DNA from: Kofleriaceae bacterium
GTDB taxonomy: Bacteria > Myxococcota_A > Polyangia > Haliangiales > Haliangiaceae
DNA: 64,000 nt
Reading direction: 5' to 3'
Assembly (NCBI GenBank): GCA_965215005.1
Contig: CBDCCZ010000042.1
Location: 160,001 to 224,000, forward strand
Shown here one piece after another: positions 1 through 11,539 of the stretch. Position 1 is the stretch's first letter; each line of letters opens with the position of its first letter. A program made the translations under genes and the position numbers. The notes under the pieces were generated by a model, which saw nothing but the letters and a program-made list of their open reading frames with translations, made no database searches and had not been told where the DNA came from.

Positions 1-987
1 AGAGAGCCCGATCACGACCCATGCCGCCAGCGCCGTGCCGCCCAGTCGGCCCATCCGCGGCCGCGGTCGGTGCGCGAGCAGTGCATCGATTCGGCGCTCG
101 AGAAGTGAGGGCCCCACCAGAGCCAGGCCGGCCGCTGGTGCCCGCGACAGCGCCACGAGCATCCGACCATAGGCGCGCGCTCCCAGCGGTCCGCGCTGCA
201 CCGCCCAGGCGTCGCAGGCTCGCTCGCGCTGCTCCTCCAGGGCCCGACACACCCAACCGACGACAGGCCAGAAAAACAGCAGCGAGGTAGCGATCACCTC
301 GAGCAGCCGCACATACGGGTCACGTCGCGCCAAATGCGCGAGCTCATGGACCAGCGCCGCTTCCAACGCGGCGGGCTCTGCGAGCAGCATTCGCGGGATG
401 ATCAGCACCGGCGCCCAGATACCAAGCAGATGCGGTGCAGTCGTGGCATCGGTGACCCGGACATCGGGCAATCGCCGCGTGCCCATGGCCGCGGCCGCAC
501 GCTCGAGAAGATCGACGCCGCCGGTTTGCTGGCTCGAACCTAGGGTTGGCAGGAGGGCAGCGGCCCTGCGCGCGTCGCGATAGCACCGGTGCGCGCGCCA
601 TAGTCGGCGAGCAGCGATGAGTGCCCAGGCCATGACCAGCGCCGTCTGCGCCGCAAGCCAAGGCGTTGCCCAGCGACTCGGCGCCGCAGCGGCCACCGCG
701 ACGCCGTCAGGCGCGGCAGCAGCCGTCGCGGTCGCGGCGGTCGAGCCCCACAGCAGCTGCACCGCGCCAGCGAGCGACAGTGGCAGCTCGGGGCCGACTG
801 GTACCAAGAACTTGCACAGCACCACCGTCCAAAGCGCGGCCAAAAGTGCCGGCGGGGCGGTGCGAAGCAGCGTGCGCCCAAGCACCGCGGTGAGGGCAGC
901 GAGCAGCGTTCCATAGAGCAACGCGGCGCCGAGGCTCGACCACACCAACGGCAACCCGGCTTCGAGCCACGGCAGCACTCGACTCAT
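1..987 (-). CDS. M56 family (BlaR1/MecR1-like) membrane zinc metallopeptidase, runs off the window start
   Basis: Absent from the ORF track because there is no stop in the window. Hand translation from ATG 987 (ATGA overlap with blaI stop) gives N-terminal TM segments, LWTVVLCKFLVP, HELAHLARRD zinc motif and RERACDAWAV, typical of M56. Confidence 0.9.
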   Translation of the reverse strand, partial: MSRVLPWLEAGLPLVWSSLGAALLYGTLLAALTAVLGRTLLRTAPPALLAALWTVVLCKFLVPVGPELPLSLAGAVQLLWGSTAATATAAAAPDGVAVAAAAPSRWATPWLAAQTALVMAWALIAARRLWRAHRCYRDARRAAALLPTLGSSQQTGGVDLLERAAAAMGTRRLPDVRVTDATTAPHLLGIWAPVLIIPRMLLAEPAALEAALVHELAHLARRDPYVRLLEVIATSLLFFWPVVGWVCRALEEQRERACDAWAVQRGPLGARAYGRMLVALSRAPAAGLALVGPSLLERRIDALLAHRPRPRMGRLGGTALAAWVVIGLS

Positions 988-1376
988 TCGTCCCGGTCTC
1001 CCCCGCCGAGCTTCTCCTCGATGCGGCGTAACTCCTCGAGTGAGAGCGATTCGTCCTCGACCAGGTGGAGCACCAGCGAGGCCGCTTGGCCGTCGAACAC
1101 CGTCTCGACGAAACGCCGCAGCCGGTCGCGCAACACCGACTCTCGGCGAAACGCCGGCCGGTACACGAACGGTTGCCGGCTCTTGTCGACCTGCACCGTG
1201 CCTTTGACCGCCATGCGACTCAGGGTGGTCATGACCGTGGTGTACGCGAGCTCGGCGGTGTGCTCGGCCAACCCGGCCTTCACCTCAGCGACCGTGCCCT
1301 GCCCAAGGCGCCACAGCACCTTCATCAGATTGAACTCGGACGGCGACATCATCGGTGGGTGTGGCAGCACGGGCAT
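984..1376 (-). CDS. BlaI/MecI/CopY family transcriptional repressor
   Basis: SPSEFNLMKVLW, LAYTTVMTTLSRM..KG and FDG..SLVLHLV motifs; coupled to the M56 peptidase. Confidence 0.93.
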   Translation of the reverse strand: MPVLPHPPMMSPSEFNLMKVLWRLGQGTVAEVKAGLAEHTAELAYTTVMTTLSRMAVKGTVQVDKSRQPFVYRPAFRRESVLRDRLRRFVETVFDGQAASLVLHLVEDESLSLEELRRIEEKLGGGDRDE

Positions 1377-1399
1377 TCGCGACTCTCGACGGCCTGTTT

Positions 1400-1413
1400 A
1401 CTACAAGTGTAGT
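1400..1413. promoter_or_regulatory. BlaI/CopY-type operator palindrome ACTACA-AG-TGTAGT
   Basis: Perfect inverted repeat with the TACA-N2-TGTA core, about 24 bp upstream of the blaI ATG. Confidence 0.8.
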
Positions 1414-1716
1414 GGGAACGCCAGCAGCAACGCCATGGTCGCTACAACCATGAATCCGGGTCGGTAATTCCCGAATCGCGTTGCTCGCGATCACCGGATC
1501 CCTGGCGCTGCTCAGCCGAGGACCAGCGACTGTGAGCTATGCAACAAAAAAACTGCAATGACCAGGTCGCTTACTATTGACTCGCGTCCATCTGCGACTA
1601 GGCTGTCGCTCGCTTCGGATCCGCCGGCACCGCCGCCTTGGCGACGTATATCGCTTCAGTGAGCCGGTCCAGCGGATCGGTTCCTGCCGGTCGCTCGCCG
1701 CGACCGCGTGCTTCTC

Positions 1717-2577
1717 ATGCGACGGTTTACCGCATATCGCGCCTGTATCCTGCTGCTCCTCGCAGCAGCGTTGGGCAGCTGCGATCGCGAGCCGGTCGCG
1801 CCCACGCCAGCCTCGCCGGCAGCTGCGCTGGCGCCGCTCGAGGCCGCGTTCCTGCCGCTGATTCGAACGTTCGCGCGCGTCGTTTCCCTGCCAGGAGAGG
1901 TCGTGGCTGCAGAGGTGAGCAGCCCCGCCGCCCGGGCCACCCGCGCTGCCACAATACCGCTCAAGGCGCGGCAAGAACGCGCGCTGGGCGCCGAGCTTGG
2001 CCGCTATCGCCTTACCTACTATTGGATTGCGCGCGAGCAGCCGTCGCCGCGCCCTCGCGGGGTTCCGCTGCTCGACAAGCAGTGCCGGCCGCTAGCGCGG
2101 GTGAGCGCCGACTTCGCCCGCCGCGTTGCACTCGAGGGCACCGGCCGACTCCGCGACGGGCGGGTCATCAATGTCGCTGGCAACTGCGACTGCGGCGGAC
2201 GCGCGTGTTACGTGGCGCTCGATGAGGATGCGCGCTGGGGGCTCGGCGCAACTCACAAGCCGCTCCATCCATTTCGTTCCGTGGCTGTCGATACCGCGCA
2301 AATCGAGCTCGGCATGTCGCTCTACATCCCCGAGCTCGATGGCCTTACGATGCCCGGCCACGCCCCGTGGGGCGGCTTCGTTCACGACGGCTGCGTGGTC
2401 GCAAGCGACAAAGGCGGCAATGTCGAAGGGCAGCACATCGACTTGTTTCTCGGACGTCGTAGTCACTACCACGCGTTCTCTAAGCGCCATCGCCTGCGCT
2501 CGGTCACGGTGTTCGAGGGCCGCGGGCGTTGCGACGTGCCGCACCGCAGCGTCGCCTCGGGGCGCAGCGCAACCTGA
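1717..2577 (+). CDS. 3D (Asp-Asp-Asp)/MltA-like domain lipoprotein
   Basis: Lipobox LGSC; SVAVD, DKGGNVEGQHIDLF motifs of the 3D domain. Confidence 0.8.
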   Translation: MRRFTAYRACILLLLAAALGSCDREPVAPTPASPAAALAPLEAAFLPLIRTFARVVSLPGEVVAAEVSSPAARATRAATIPLKARQERALGAELGRYRLTYYWIAREQPSPRPRGVPLLDKQCRPLARVSADFARRVALEGTGRLRDGRVINVAGNCDCGGRACYVALDEDARWGLGATHKPLHPFRSVAVDTAQIELGMSLYIPELDGLTMPGHAPWGGFVHDGCVVASDKGGNVEGQHIDLFLGRRSHYHAFSKRHRLRSVTVFEGRGRCDVPHRSVASGRSAT

Positions 2578-2681
2578 GGCTGTCATCGCAATGGCGCGGC
2601 GACCAACGCGCCCTTGCTCATGGTTTCGCTCCGCCGGTCGTGACTGCACGGCCACCGGGCCGTAGTATCGTGCCGCCGACA

Positions 2682-4937
2682 ATGCCAGCTGTGCAGAGGT
2701 TCTTGGTAGCTGCCGCGCTCGTGATGGTGCTCGCGGGCGGGCGTGTCGCGCTGGCAGCGCCCCTCACGGGCGTCGTGATCGATGGCGAGACGCTGGCGCC
2801 GATCGCGGGGGCCACGATCACTGCAGAAGAAGCCGAGGCCGGAGGCGCAAGCGCCGTCACCGGCGGCGACGGCACCTATGCCCTCGACCTTCCGGCCGGT
2901 GCCACCACCCTTTCCGTGGCAGCGTCGGGCTACGAAACTCTTACCGAAGTGGTCGACGTGGCGCCGAGCGGAACCCAGAAGACCCTGGTGTTGTTCCTGG
3001 AGGGCGTTGTCTCTGAGGTCATCGAAATCACCGAAAAAGCGCCGCTCCTGCCCGCGAACCCCGGCGACATCACGCTGCCGCGCGAAGAACTAACCCGCAT
3101 TCCCGGCACCCGCGGCGATGCGCTGCAGTCGATCAAGAGCTTGCCCGGTGTCGCCAACGTCGATGCGGCGGGCAGTGGGCCGGGCTTGGTGGTCATTCGA
3201 GGCGCCGCCCCAGAGGACTCCAAGGTCACCATCGATGGCATCGAGATCCCGCTCCTCTATCACTTCTTTGGCCTGCAGAGCATCGTTCCTTCGGAGTTCA
3301 TCGAAACCATCGACTTCCTGCCCGGCGGCTTCGGCGTCGAGGAAGGCCGCGCCACCGGCGGCGTCATCGCGATCGCCACCCGCGCCGAAGAGCTGCAACA
3401 AGCCACTGGCTTCGCAGAGCTCTCATTCATCAACTTTGCCGGCCTGGTGCAAGGTCCAATCTCCAAGCGCCACCACCTGCAAGCCACCGCAGCCGTGCGT
3501 CGCTCGGCGATCGACTTGCTGCTGCCGGCCGTGATTCCCGACGACGCCAACCTCAGCTTCACCACCGCGCCGCAGTACTACGACGGCCAGCTGCGCGTCG
3601 ACTGGCGGCCGGACTACCGCAACCGCGTGACCTTTCTCGGCCTGCTCAGCTTCGATCTGCTCGCGCTGTTGAACGACAACATCAACCCCAACGAGCCGCT
3701 GCTCACCGGCGCCTTCGAGAACGAAACCAGTTTTTCGCGCGGCATCCTCACCTGGCAACACAGCGGCGACGTGCTGCAGAACCGAGCCGTTGCCTCCGTG
3801 GGAACCACCGGCCTGCGCTTCGAGATCGGCGCTCAGCGCTACCTTCGCGTCGACCAGCGGCGCCTCGAGCTGCGCGATGACCTGCTGTTCAAAGTCGATC
3901 AGCGGTTGGCGGTGCGCGCCGGCGTCGAAGCGAGGCTCGCGCAAGGCGACATCGAAGCGCTCATCCCACTGCCGCCCTCCGAGGGCAGCGGCGGCCCGGG
4001 CAACTTCAGTACTGCGGCCACCCTCGATCTCATGGAGACCATCACCAACCACATCGCCGCGGCGTATGTGGCGGTCGACTTCCAGCCCGTTGCCGGCACC
4101 CTCATCACGCCCGGCCTACGACTCGATTACTACGATCGCTTCAGCGCCACCACCGTGTCACCGCGCATCGCGCTGCAGCAGTCGCTCACCAGCGACTGGC
4201 GCCTGCGGGCCTCGCTCGGCACCTATACCCGCCCGCTCGATCAGGTCGAGTCGCTACAGCCGGAGCTCGAGCCAGAAACCGCCACCCAATACGTCGCCGG
4301 AATCGACTACGACCTCGCCGAGGGCCTCAGCGCTTCGAGCTCGGTGTTCTACACGGACCGCCGTCAGCTCGTCGTGCAGGATCCAGTGCGCGCCGATACC
4401 ATGCCCGAGGCCGCGTACATTAATCGCGGCTGGGGCCGCTCGTTTGGCGCCGAGGCCCTGCTTCGGCTGCGCCGCGAGCAGCTATTCGGTTGGCTCGCGT
4501 ATACGGTCTCGCGCTCCGACCGCGTCGATGGGCCACTGGCCGAGCGGCGGCTGTTCGACTACGACCAGACCCACGTGCTCATCGCGGTCGCCAGCTATCG
4601 CTGGGGAGCGTGGAACTTCGGTGGCCGCTGGACCCTGAGCAGTGGCAATCCGCTCACGCCGGTCGAAGGCTCGATCTATCTGGCCGACGTCAACGTCTAC
4701 GTGCCGGTCTACGGCGAGGTCAACGAGACGCGTCTGGACGCTGCCCACCAGCTCGACCTGCGCATCGACCGGCTCTGGCAGTTCGACAGCTGGAAGCTCG
4801 CCGCCTACCTCGACGTCACCAACGTCTACGCCAACCCGCGCACCCTCGGCTTTCAGTACAACTTCGACTACTCCGAGCGCGAGGCCATCGAAGAGTTGCC
4901 CGTGGTCCCGGCGCTTGGCCTGCGCGGCAGCTTTTAG
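2682..4937 (+). CDS. TonB-dependent receptor with N-terminal carboxypeptidase-regulatory-like domain
   Basis: Signal peptide, plug motifs (SLPGVA, VIRGAAPED, GGVI), beta-barrel with C-terminal Phe. Confidence 0.9.
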   Translation: MPAVQRFLVAAALVMVLAGGRVALAAPLTGVVIDGETLAPIAGATITAEEAEAGGASAVTGGDGTYALDLPAGATTLSVAASGYETLTEVVDVAPSGTQKTLVLFLEGVVSEVIEITEKAPLLPANPGDITLPREELTRIPGTRGDALQSIKSLPGVANVDAAGSGPGLVVIRGAAPEDSKVTIDGIEIPLLYHFFGLQSIVPSEFIETIDFLPGGFGVEEGRATGGVIAIATRAEELQQATGFAELSFINFAGLVQGPISKRHHLQATAAVRRSAIDLLLPAVIPDDANLSFTTAPQYYDGQLRVDWRPDYRNRVTFLGLLSFDLLALLNDNINPNEPLLTGAFENETSFSRGILTWQHSGDVLQNRAVASVGTTGLRFEIGAQRYLRVDQRRLELRDDLLFKVDQRLAVRAGVEARLAQGDIEALIPLPPSEGSGGPGNFSTAATLDLMETITNHIAAAYVAVDFQPVAGTLITPGLRLDYYDRFSATTVSPRIALQQSLTSDWRLRASLGTYTRPLDQVESLQPELEPETATQYVAGIDYDLAEGLSASSSVFYTDRRQLVVQDPVRADTMPEAAYINRGWGRSFGAEALLRLRREQLFGWLAYTVSRSDRVDGPLAERRLFDYDQTHVLIAVASYRWGAWNFGGRWTLSSGNPLTPVEGSIYLADVNVYVPVYGEVNETRLDAAHQLDLRIDRLWQFDSWKLAAYLDVTNVYANPRTLGFQYNFDYSEREAIEELPVVPALGLRGSF

Positions 4938-5164
4938 CGCACGCGCCGGGTACGGAACGTGGCGGGGGCGCAGGTGAAACTCCTGTGCGAAGCTGAGTCG
5001 ATTTAGTCGCTTTGCGACACCAAAAGCCTCCTTCGCTGGAGTTTGCTAAAGATCGAACTTCAGTGCCGTAACATCCGCTAACAACGATTGAACAAAGCGG
5101 TTTCGTCCGCTCATCGCGCGGTGTTCGCGATTGCCATCCGTCGGCTAAATCGACCAAATCAACC

Positions 5165-5215
5165 TTGACAGCGCGACCACTCCAGTCTAGACAAAACTTA
5201 GACACGACCTCGACA
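5165..5215 (+). promoter_or_regulatory. Sigma-A promoter (TTGACA-17bp-TAGACA) overlapped by a CarH/CarA-type operator of three 11-bp-spaced TnnACA repeats
   Basis: TTGACA 5165-5170; TAGACA 5188, TAGACA 5199, TCGACA 5210; directly upstream of crtY; carH is in the same operon. Confidence 0.8.
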
Positions 5216-5232
5216 GGGGCCGGGGGTAAGGA

Positions 5233-6375
5233 ATGCGTTTCCAGTATGTGCTGATCGGCGGCGGCCTGCAGAACGGGCTTATCGCGCTCGCTCTTTTACA
5301 CACCCGACCCGGTGTGCGAATCGCCGTGGTCGAACGCGAGCAGCACCTCGGCGGCAACCACACCTGGTGCTTTCACGCCGGCGATGTCGACGCCCACGCC
5401 ATGGCGTTCCTCGAGCCGCTGCTCGCCTATCGCTGGGCCTCCTACGAGGTTCGCTTTCCGGCGCATCACCGAGTTCTCGAGCAACCGTACGCCGGCATCA
5501 CCTCCGAGGGACTTGACCACGTCGTGCGCGCCGCTCTGCTCGCCGCGCCCGGCTGCGCGGTCTTCACCGGCCACACCGCCACGGAAGTGACCGCGGAGCA
5601 CGCGCGGCTGGCCTCCGGCGAGGTTCTCGAAGGCGATGTCGTCGTCGATGCTCGCGGTCCCCAAGCGGGCCCCCTGCCCCGCCAAGCCGGCTATCAGAAG
5701 TTCGTCGGCGCTGAGCTCGTGCTGACCCGTCCCCATCGCCTCGAGCGGCCCATCGTCATGGACGCCACCGTGCCGCAGACCGACGGCTTCCGGTTCTTCT
5801 ATGTCCTGCCACTCGCGAGCGACCGCGTGCTGGTCGAAGACACGTACTTCTCCGACACGGCGATCCTCGATCAGCAGGCGCTTCGCACCGCCATCTTCGC
5901 CTACGCTCGCGCCGCCGGGCTGTCCGTTGCCAGCGTCGCCCGCTACGAGCACGGCGTCTTGCCGCTGCCGTGGGCCGGGGAGGCTCCCGTGATCGATCAG
6001 GGGCCACTCATCGGCGGCTATCAAGGCGGCTGGTTTCATCCCGTCACCGGCTATTCGCTGCCCACCGCCGTGCGGCTTGCGCAGCTCATTGCCGCCACCC
6101 CACCCGAGTCTCTATTTGGCGAGCCGCTGCGCGCTTTGGCGGCTGTGCAACGCAAGCAGCTCGGCTTCTGCTATCGGCTCAACAAAATGCTGTTCCGTTG
6201 GTTTCCGCCCGATCAGCGCTACCACGTGCTCGAGCGCTTCTACCGGCTGCCAGAGGCGACGATCCGCCGGTTCTATGCACTGCAGCTAACCACCGGCGAC
6301 CGCGCGCGCATCCTGCTCGGCCGCCCGCCCAAAGGCATGTCGCTCACCGCCGCGCTCGCGGCAAGGAGCTCCTGA
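5233..6375 (+). CDS. crtY: Lycopene beta-cyclase
   Basis: GGGLQN FAD motif, LGGNHTWCFH, YQKFVG, PIVMDATVPQ, FHPVTGYSLP, LERFYRLP..IRRFYA. Confidence 0.93.
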   Translation: MRFQYVLIGGGLQNGLIALALLHTRPGVRIAVVEREQHLGGNHTWCFHAGDVDAHAMAFLEPLLAYRWASYEVRFPAHHRVLEQPYAGITSEGLDHVVRAALLAAPGCAVFTGHTATEVTAEHARLASGEVLEGDVVVDARGPQAGPLPRQAGYQKFVGAELVLTRPHRLERPIVMDATVPQTDGFRFFYVLPLASDRVLVEDTYFSDTAILDQQALRTAIFAYARAAGLSVASVARYEHGVLPLPWAGEAPVIDQGPLIGGYQGGWFHPVTGYSLPTAVRLAQLIAATPPESLFGEPLRALAAVQRKQLGFCYRLNKMLFRWFPPDQRYHVLERFYRLPEATIRRFYALQLTTGDRARILLGRPPKGMSLTAALAARSS

Positions 6376-7385
6376 TGAAGGTGTCTGCGGTTGTCGAGGC
6401 CGAGTGTTCCCCGCTCCTGGAGCTGCTTGGCGATGAGCTCGAGCACCTCGAGCGCGACGTGCCAGCCCACCTGTGGGAGCGCGCGCTGCTCGGTCCGGCG
6501 CGTGAGTTTCTGCGCCGGCCCGGCAAACAGTTTCGCGCGTCGTTGGTGGCCTCGGCGTGGGAGCTGGCGGGCGGCGCTGCGGGTGAGCTCCCCCCGCAGC
6601 TGCCGCTCATCGTCGAGATCATTCACGCCGGCTCGCTCATCGTCGACGACATCGAAGACGGCAGTGACGAACGCCGCGGAGCTCCCGCGCTGCACCAGCT
6701 CTACGGCACCGCGGTCGCGCTCAACACCGGCAACTGGATGTATTTCTGGCCGCTGGCGCTGATTGCCCGCATGCCGCTGCCGGAGACCACGCGCGCCCAG
6801 CTCACCCGCCGCGCCAACACCACGATGCTGCATTGCCATCACGGCCAAGCGCTGGACTTAGGCGTACGGGTCGCGGATCTGACGCAACCCGAGGTAGCGG
6901 GGGTGGTGCGCGCCACGACGCGGCTCAAGACCGGCACCCTCATGGAGCTCGCCGCGGCGCTCGGAGCCACCGCAGCCGGCGCCGCACCCGAGATTGTGCG
7001 GAGGGTGGCGAGCTTTGGCCAGCGGTTGGGAATCGGGCTGCAGATGCTCGACGACCTCGGCGGCCTCACCAGCGCAAAGCGTCGCGCCAAAGGCTACGAA
7101 GACCTTCGGCTCGGCCGGGTCACGTGGCCGTGGGCATGGCTGGCCGAAACCGCCAGCGCCACCGCGTTCGCCAAGCTGCAAGCAATGTCGCGGGCGGCTG
7201 GAGAGGGCGCCGATCCCGAGCTTCTTGGCGCCAGCCTCAAGAGCGCTGTCGCCGAGCACGGCCGCCGGCGCGTGCACGAGCATCTCGCCGCGGCGCTCGC
7301 GGTGGTGGGCGAGGCTGCTCGCGACTCGGACGCCATCTCGGCGCTGCGTGCCGAGCTACATCGACTGGAGAAAAGCTATGGCTGA
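6375..7385 (+). CDS. crtE: Polyprenyl (GGPP) synthase
   Basis: GKQFR, DDIEDGSDERRG (FARM), KTG, QMLDD (SARM); ATG overlaps crtY stop. Confidence 0.88.
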   Translation: MKVSAVVEAECSPLLELLGDELEHLERDVPAHLWERALLGPAREFLRRPGKQFRASLVASAWELAGGAAGELPPQLPLIVEIIHAGSLIVDDIEDGSDERRGAPALHQLYGTAVALNTGNWMYFWPLALIARMPLPETTRAQLTRRANTTMLHCHHGQALDLGVRVADLTQPEVAGVVRATTRLKTGTLMELAAALGATAAGAAPEIVRRVASFGQRLGIGLQMLDDLGGLTSAKRRAKGYEDLRLGRVTWPWAWLAETASATAFAKLQAMSRAAGEGADPELLGASLKSAVAEHGRRRVHEHLAAALAVVGEAARDSDAISALRAELHRLEKSYG

Positions 7386-8882
7386 GAGCCCTCGCCCGCT
7401 TCGCGCCGCCGTCATCGGCAGCGGCTTTGGAGGCCTTGCGGCCGCCATTCGCCTGCAGACCGCCGGCATTGCCACCACCCTCTTCGAGGCCCGCGACAAG
7501 CCCGGTGGCCGCGCCTATGTGTTTCGCGAGCAGGGCTTCACGTTCGATGCCGGTCCCACGGTGATCACCGCGCCGCATTGCATCGAAGAGCTGTTCACCG
7601 GCGCCGGCCGCGCCATGTCCGACTATGTCGAGCTGCTGCCGGTGACGCCGTTTTATCGGCTGGTGTGGACCGAAGACGGCGACACCTTCGACTACGACGG
7701 CGATGGCGAGCACATGCTCGCGCAAATTCGCGCCCGCAATCCGGCCGACGCCGAGGGCTATGAGCGCTTCGTCGAATACTCGCGGCAGGTCTTCGAGACC
7801 GGCTACACCAAGCTCGCGCACACGCCATTTTTGCGCTTCTCTGACATGGTCAAGGTCGCTCCGCAGCTGATCCGTTTGCGCGCCGACCGCTCGGTCTACG
7901 CCACCGTCGCCAAGTTCGTCAAAGACGAGCACGTGCGCCAGGCGCTGAGCTTTCACTCGCTCTTGGTCGGCGGCAATCCGTTTGCCACCAGTGCGATCTA
8001 CACCCTCATCCACTACTTGGAGCGCAAGTGGGGAGTGTTCTTTCCGCGTGGCGGCACCGGCGCGTTGGTTGCTGGCCTGGTGAAGCTATTCGGGGACCTT
8101 GGCGGCGAGCTGCGGCTGAGCCGTCCAGTCGAGCGCATTCGAGTGGATGCGAGCGGCGCCCGCGCCGTTCATTACGTGCACAGCGGCGATGGCGAGGAGG
8201 CGTTCGATTTAGTCGTCTCCAACGCCGATGTTCATCATACCTATCGACAGCTCTATCCCGACCATCCCGCCGCGCAGCGCACCGCCACCAAGCTCGAAAA
8301 GCTCGAGTGGTCGATGTCGCTGTTCGTTCTCTACTTTGGAACCGACCGCAGCTATCGCGATGAGGTCGTGCACCACACGGTGGTGTTTGGCCCCCGCTAT
8401 CGCGAGCTTCTCGACGACATCTTTCACGGCTCCGAGCTGCCCGACGACTTCAGTCTCTATCTGCACGCGCCAACCCATACCGACCCGACCTTGGCGCCAG
8501 CCGGCGGCGGTGCCTTCTACGTACTCTCGCCGGTCCCGCATCTGGGCAACGCAGACATCGATTGGGAGGCAGTCGCCCCGCGCTACGCGGAGCGAATCTT
8601 GACGGCGCTCGAGACGCTGATGCCGAACCTGCGCGAGCACGTGGTCGTCAAGCGATGGATGACGCCCACCGATTTCCGCGACAGCTTGCGCAGCTATCAG
8701 GGCTCGGCGTTTTCGTGCGCGCCCAAGCTCACCCAAAGTGCCTATTTCCGCCCGCACAACCGCGATAAACACATTCCCGGGCTGTATATCGTCGGCGCAG
8801 GCACGCATCCTGGCGCCGGCGTGCCGGGTGTTATCAACAGCGCCAAAGCCACTGCGGGGTGCGTGCTGGAGGACTTCGCGCG

Positions 8883-8886
<4 letters not shown>
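7378..8886 (+). CDS. crtI: Phytoene desaturase
   Basis: VIGSGFGGLAAA, FDAGPTVIT, VGAGTHPGAGVPGV. Confidence 0.95.
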
Positions 8887-9828
<942 letters not shown>

Positions 9829-9848
<20 letters not shown>

Positions 9849-10407
9849 AGTATTGATCTACGTCGGCCGAATACGGCAATTCTCCCGCACCGATTGGCTC
9901 ATCTATCTCTCTTGGATCGGCACCATCTTCGGCTTGTTTGGTGCAACGAGTGGCTTCCTTCTCATTGGTCACGTCAGTGGCGTGCAATTTCCTGTGGAAG
10001 CCTGGCTCGTGCCGATTGGCGCGCTGATCTTTAGCTGCGCCATTGCACTCGACACCATTGGTCATCGCACCATTTACAAGCAAGTATTGGCTGGTGGCGA
10101 AGCACTGGTTCACCACATCACGATCTTCTGCGGTGTGGCCAGCGTGGTTCTCTTGTGCCTTGCGCACCAGCACCGCATCGCGGTGGTGCCAGCGGCCGTA
10201 TTCACCGCCCTATCCTTCATCTACAGCCTCGTAGACGAGATCTTTCACTGGCGCCGCTACACCTCGGACAAGGCCGATCGTGTCGAGATGTGGAGCCACG
10301 TGTTCATCTTGATCGGCCATGGCATCATGATGCTCGGCTGGTGGCGCTTTTATCAGCTTGGCTACGCCGGGGTCGACGAGACGCTCGCGCTATTGGCGAA
10401 GGGCTAG
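9829..10407 (+). CDS. Uncharacterised multi-pass membrane protein with His/Asp/Glu motifs, inside crt operon
   Basis: About 5 hydrophobic helices; DTIGH, EALVHH, DEIFHW, EMWSH..GHG; overlaps crtB end. Confidence 0.8.
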
Positions 10408-10410
10408 TCG

Positions 10411-11532
10411 ATGGCGCTGCAGCTGTTGCCGCTGGTTACGGTTTGTCTTGGCGCCCTGGTTTGGACCTGGCGCTTGCGCGTCCTCGCGCGGCAGCGCGTC
10501 GACACGGACAGTTCCGCGTCACCTCCGCCCACGGTGTCGATCATCGTGCCAGCGCGCAACGAAGCACACAATCTGCCGGCTTTACTGGCCTCGCTCGCGC
10601 AACTGTCGCCGCCGGCCCACGAGCTCATCGTGGTCGACGACCACTCCACCGACGGCACCGGTGCCATCGCGCGCGGGGCGGGTGCCATCGTGGTGACGCC
10701 GCAGCCGCTGCCGCCGGGCTGGCTCGGCAAGCCCTGGGCGTGCCATGCCGGCGCCAGAGCCGCTACCGGTGAGCTGCTGCTGTTTACCGACGCCGACACC
10801 GTCCACGCGCCGGATAGCCTCGGACGCGCGGTTGCCAAGCTCCAACGCAGCGGCGCCGAGCTGTTGTCGGTGGTGCCAACGCACGCGGTCGTGCAGGTGT
10901 GGGAGCGCCTGCAAGGAATCTTTCAGCTGCTTCTGTTGATCGCCTGCCGCGCTGGGTCCGAGACGCGTCATGGCGAGCGTCGCTTCAGCATTGGTCAGTA
11001 TCTGCTTTTTACTCGCGCCGGCTATGACCGCGTGGGCGGCCACGTCGCCGTGCGCGCGCGGGTGGCCGAAGATCTAGCCTTTGCGCGCCTCGTCGCAGAC
11101 CACGGTCGGTTCGCCCTGCTCTTGGCGCCGGGGTTGATGACCGTGCGCATGTATCCGGAAGGCTTCGGCGGGTTCGTGCGGGGTTGGCGGCGCAACTTTC
11201 GCGAAGGCATGGCCTCGGCGGGTCTGGCCGGGGTGCTCGAGATCGGCTTGGTCATCGGCTGGCTGCTCGGCATCCCGCTGTTTGTCGCCGAGGCCGCGAT
11301 CGTTGGCGCCAACGGCTGGCTGCTGTTCTGGATCGCGGCGTACGCGCTTACCGCGGTTGAAGTAGCCCGCCAGCAGCGCATCCTCGGCCGCTTTGGCGCG
11401 TGGAGCGCGGGGCTGTATCCCGTTTTCGTGGTGGTGTTTGCGATGATCTCCGGGTTGGCGCTCTTCGACCGGCTACGCCGCGCGCCGGTGACCTGGAAGA
11501 GCCGCACGATCTCCACCAATGGAATCGAGTGA
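10411..11532 (+). CDS. Family 2 glycosyltransferase (carotenoid glycosyltransferase-like)
   Basis: IVPARNE, VDDHSTDGT, PPGWLGKPWAC, FTDAD, AED; C-terminal TM helices. Confidence 0.88.
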   Translation: MALQLLPLVTVCLGALVWTWRLRVLARQRVDTDSSASPPPTVSIIVPARNEAHNLPALLASLAQLSPPAHELIVVDDHSTDGTGAIARGAGAIVVTPQPLPPGWLGKPWACHAGARAATGELLLFTDADTVHAPDSLGRAVAKLQRSGAELLSVVPTHAVVQVWERLQGIFQLLLLIACRAGSETRHGERRFSIGQYLLFTRAGYDRVGGHVAVRARVAEDLAFARLVADHGRFALLLAPGLMTVRMYPEGFGGFVRGWRRNFREGMASAGLAGVLEIGLVIGWLLGIPLFVAEAAIVGANGWLLFWIAAYALTAVEVARQQRILGRFGAWSAGLYPVFVVVFAMISGLALFDRLRRAPVTWKSRTISTNGIE

Positions 11533-11539
11533 GGCCGAG

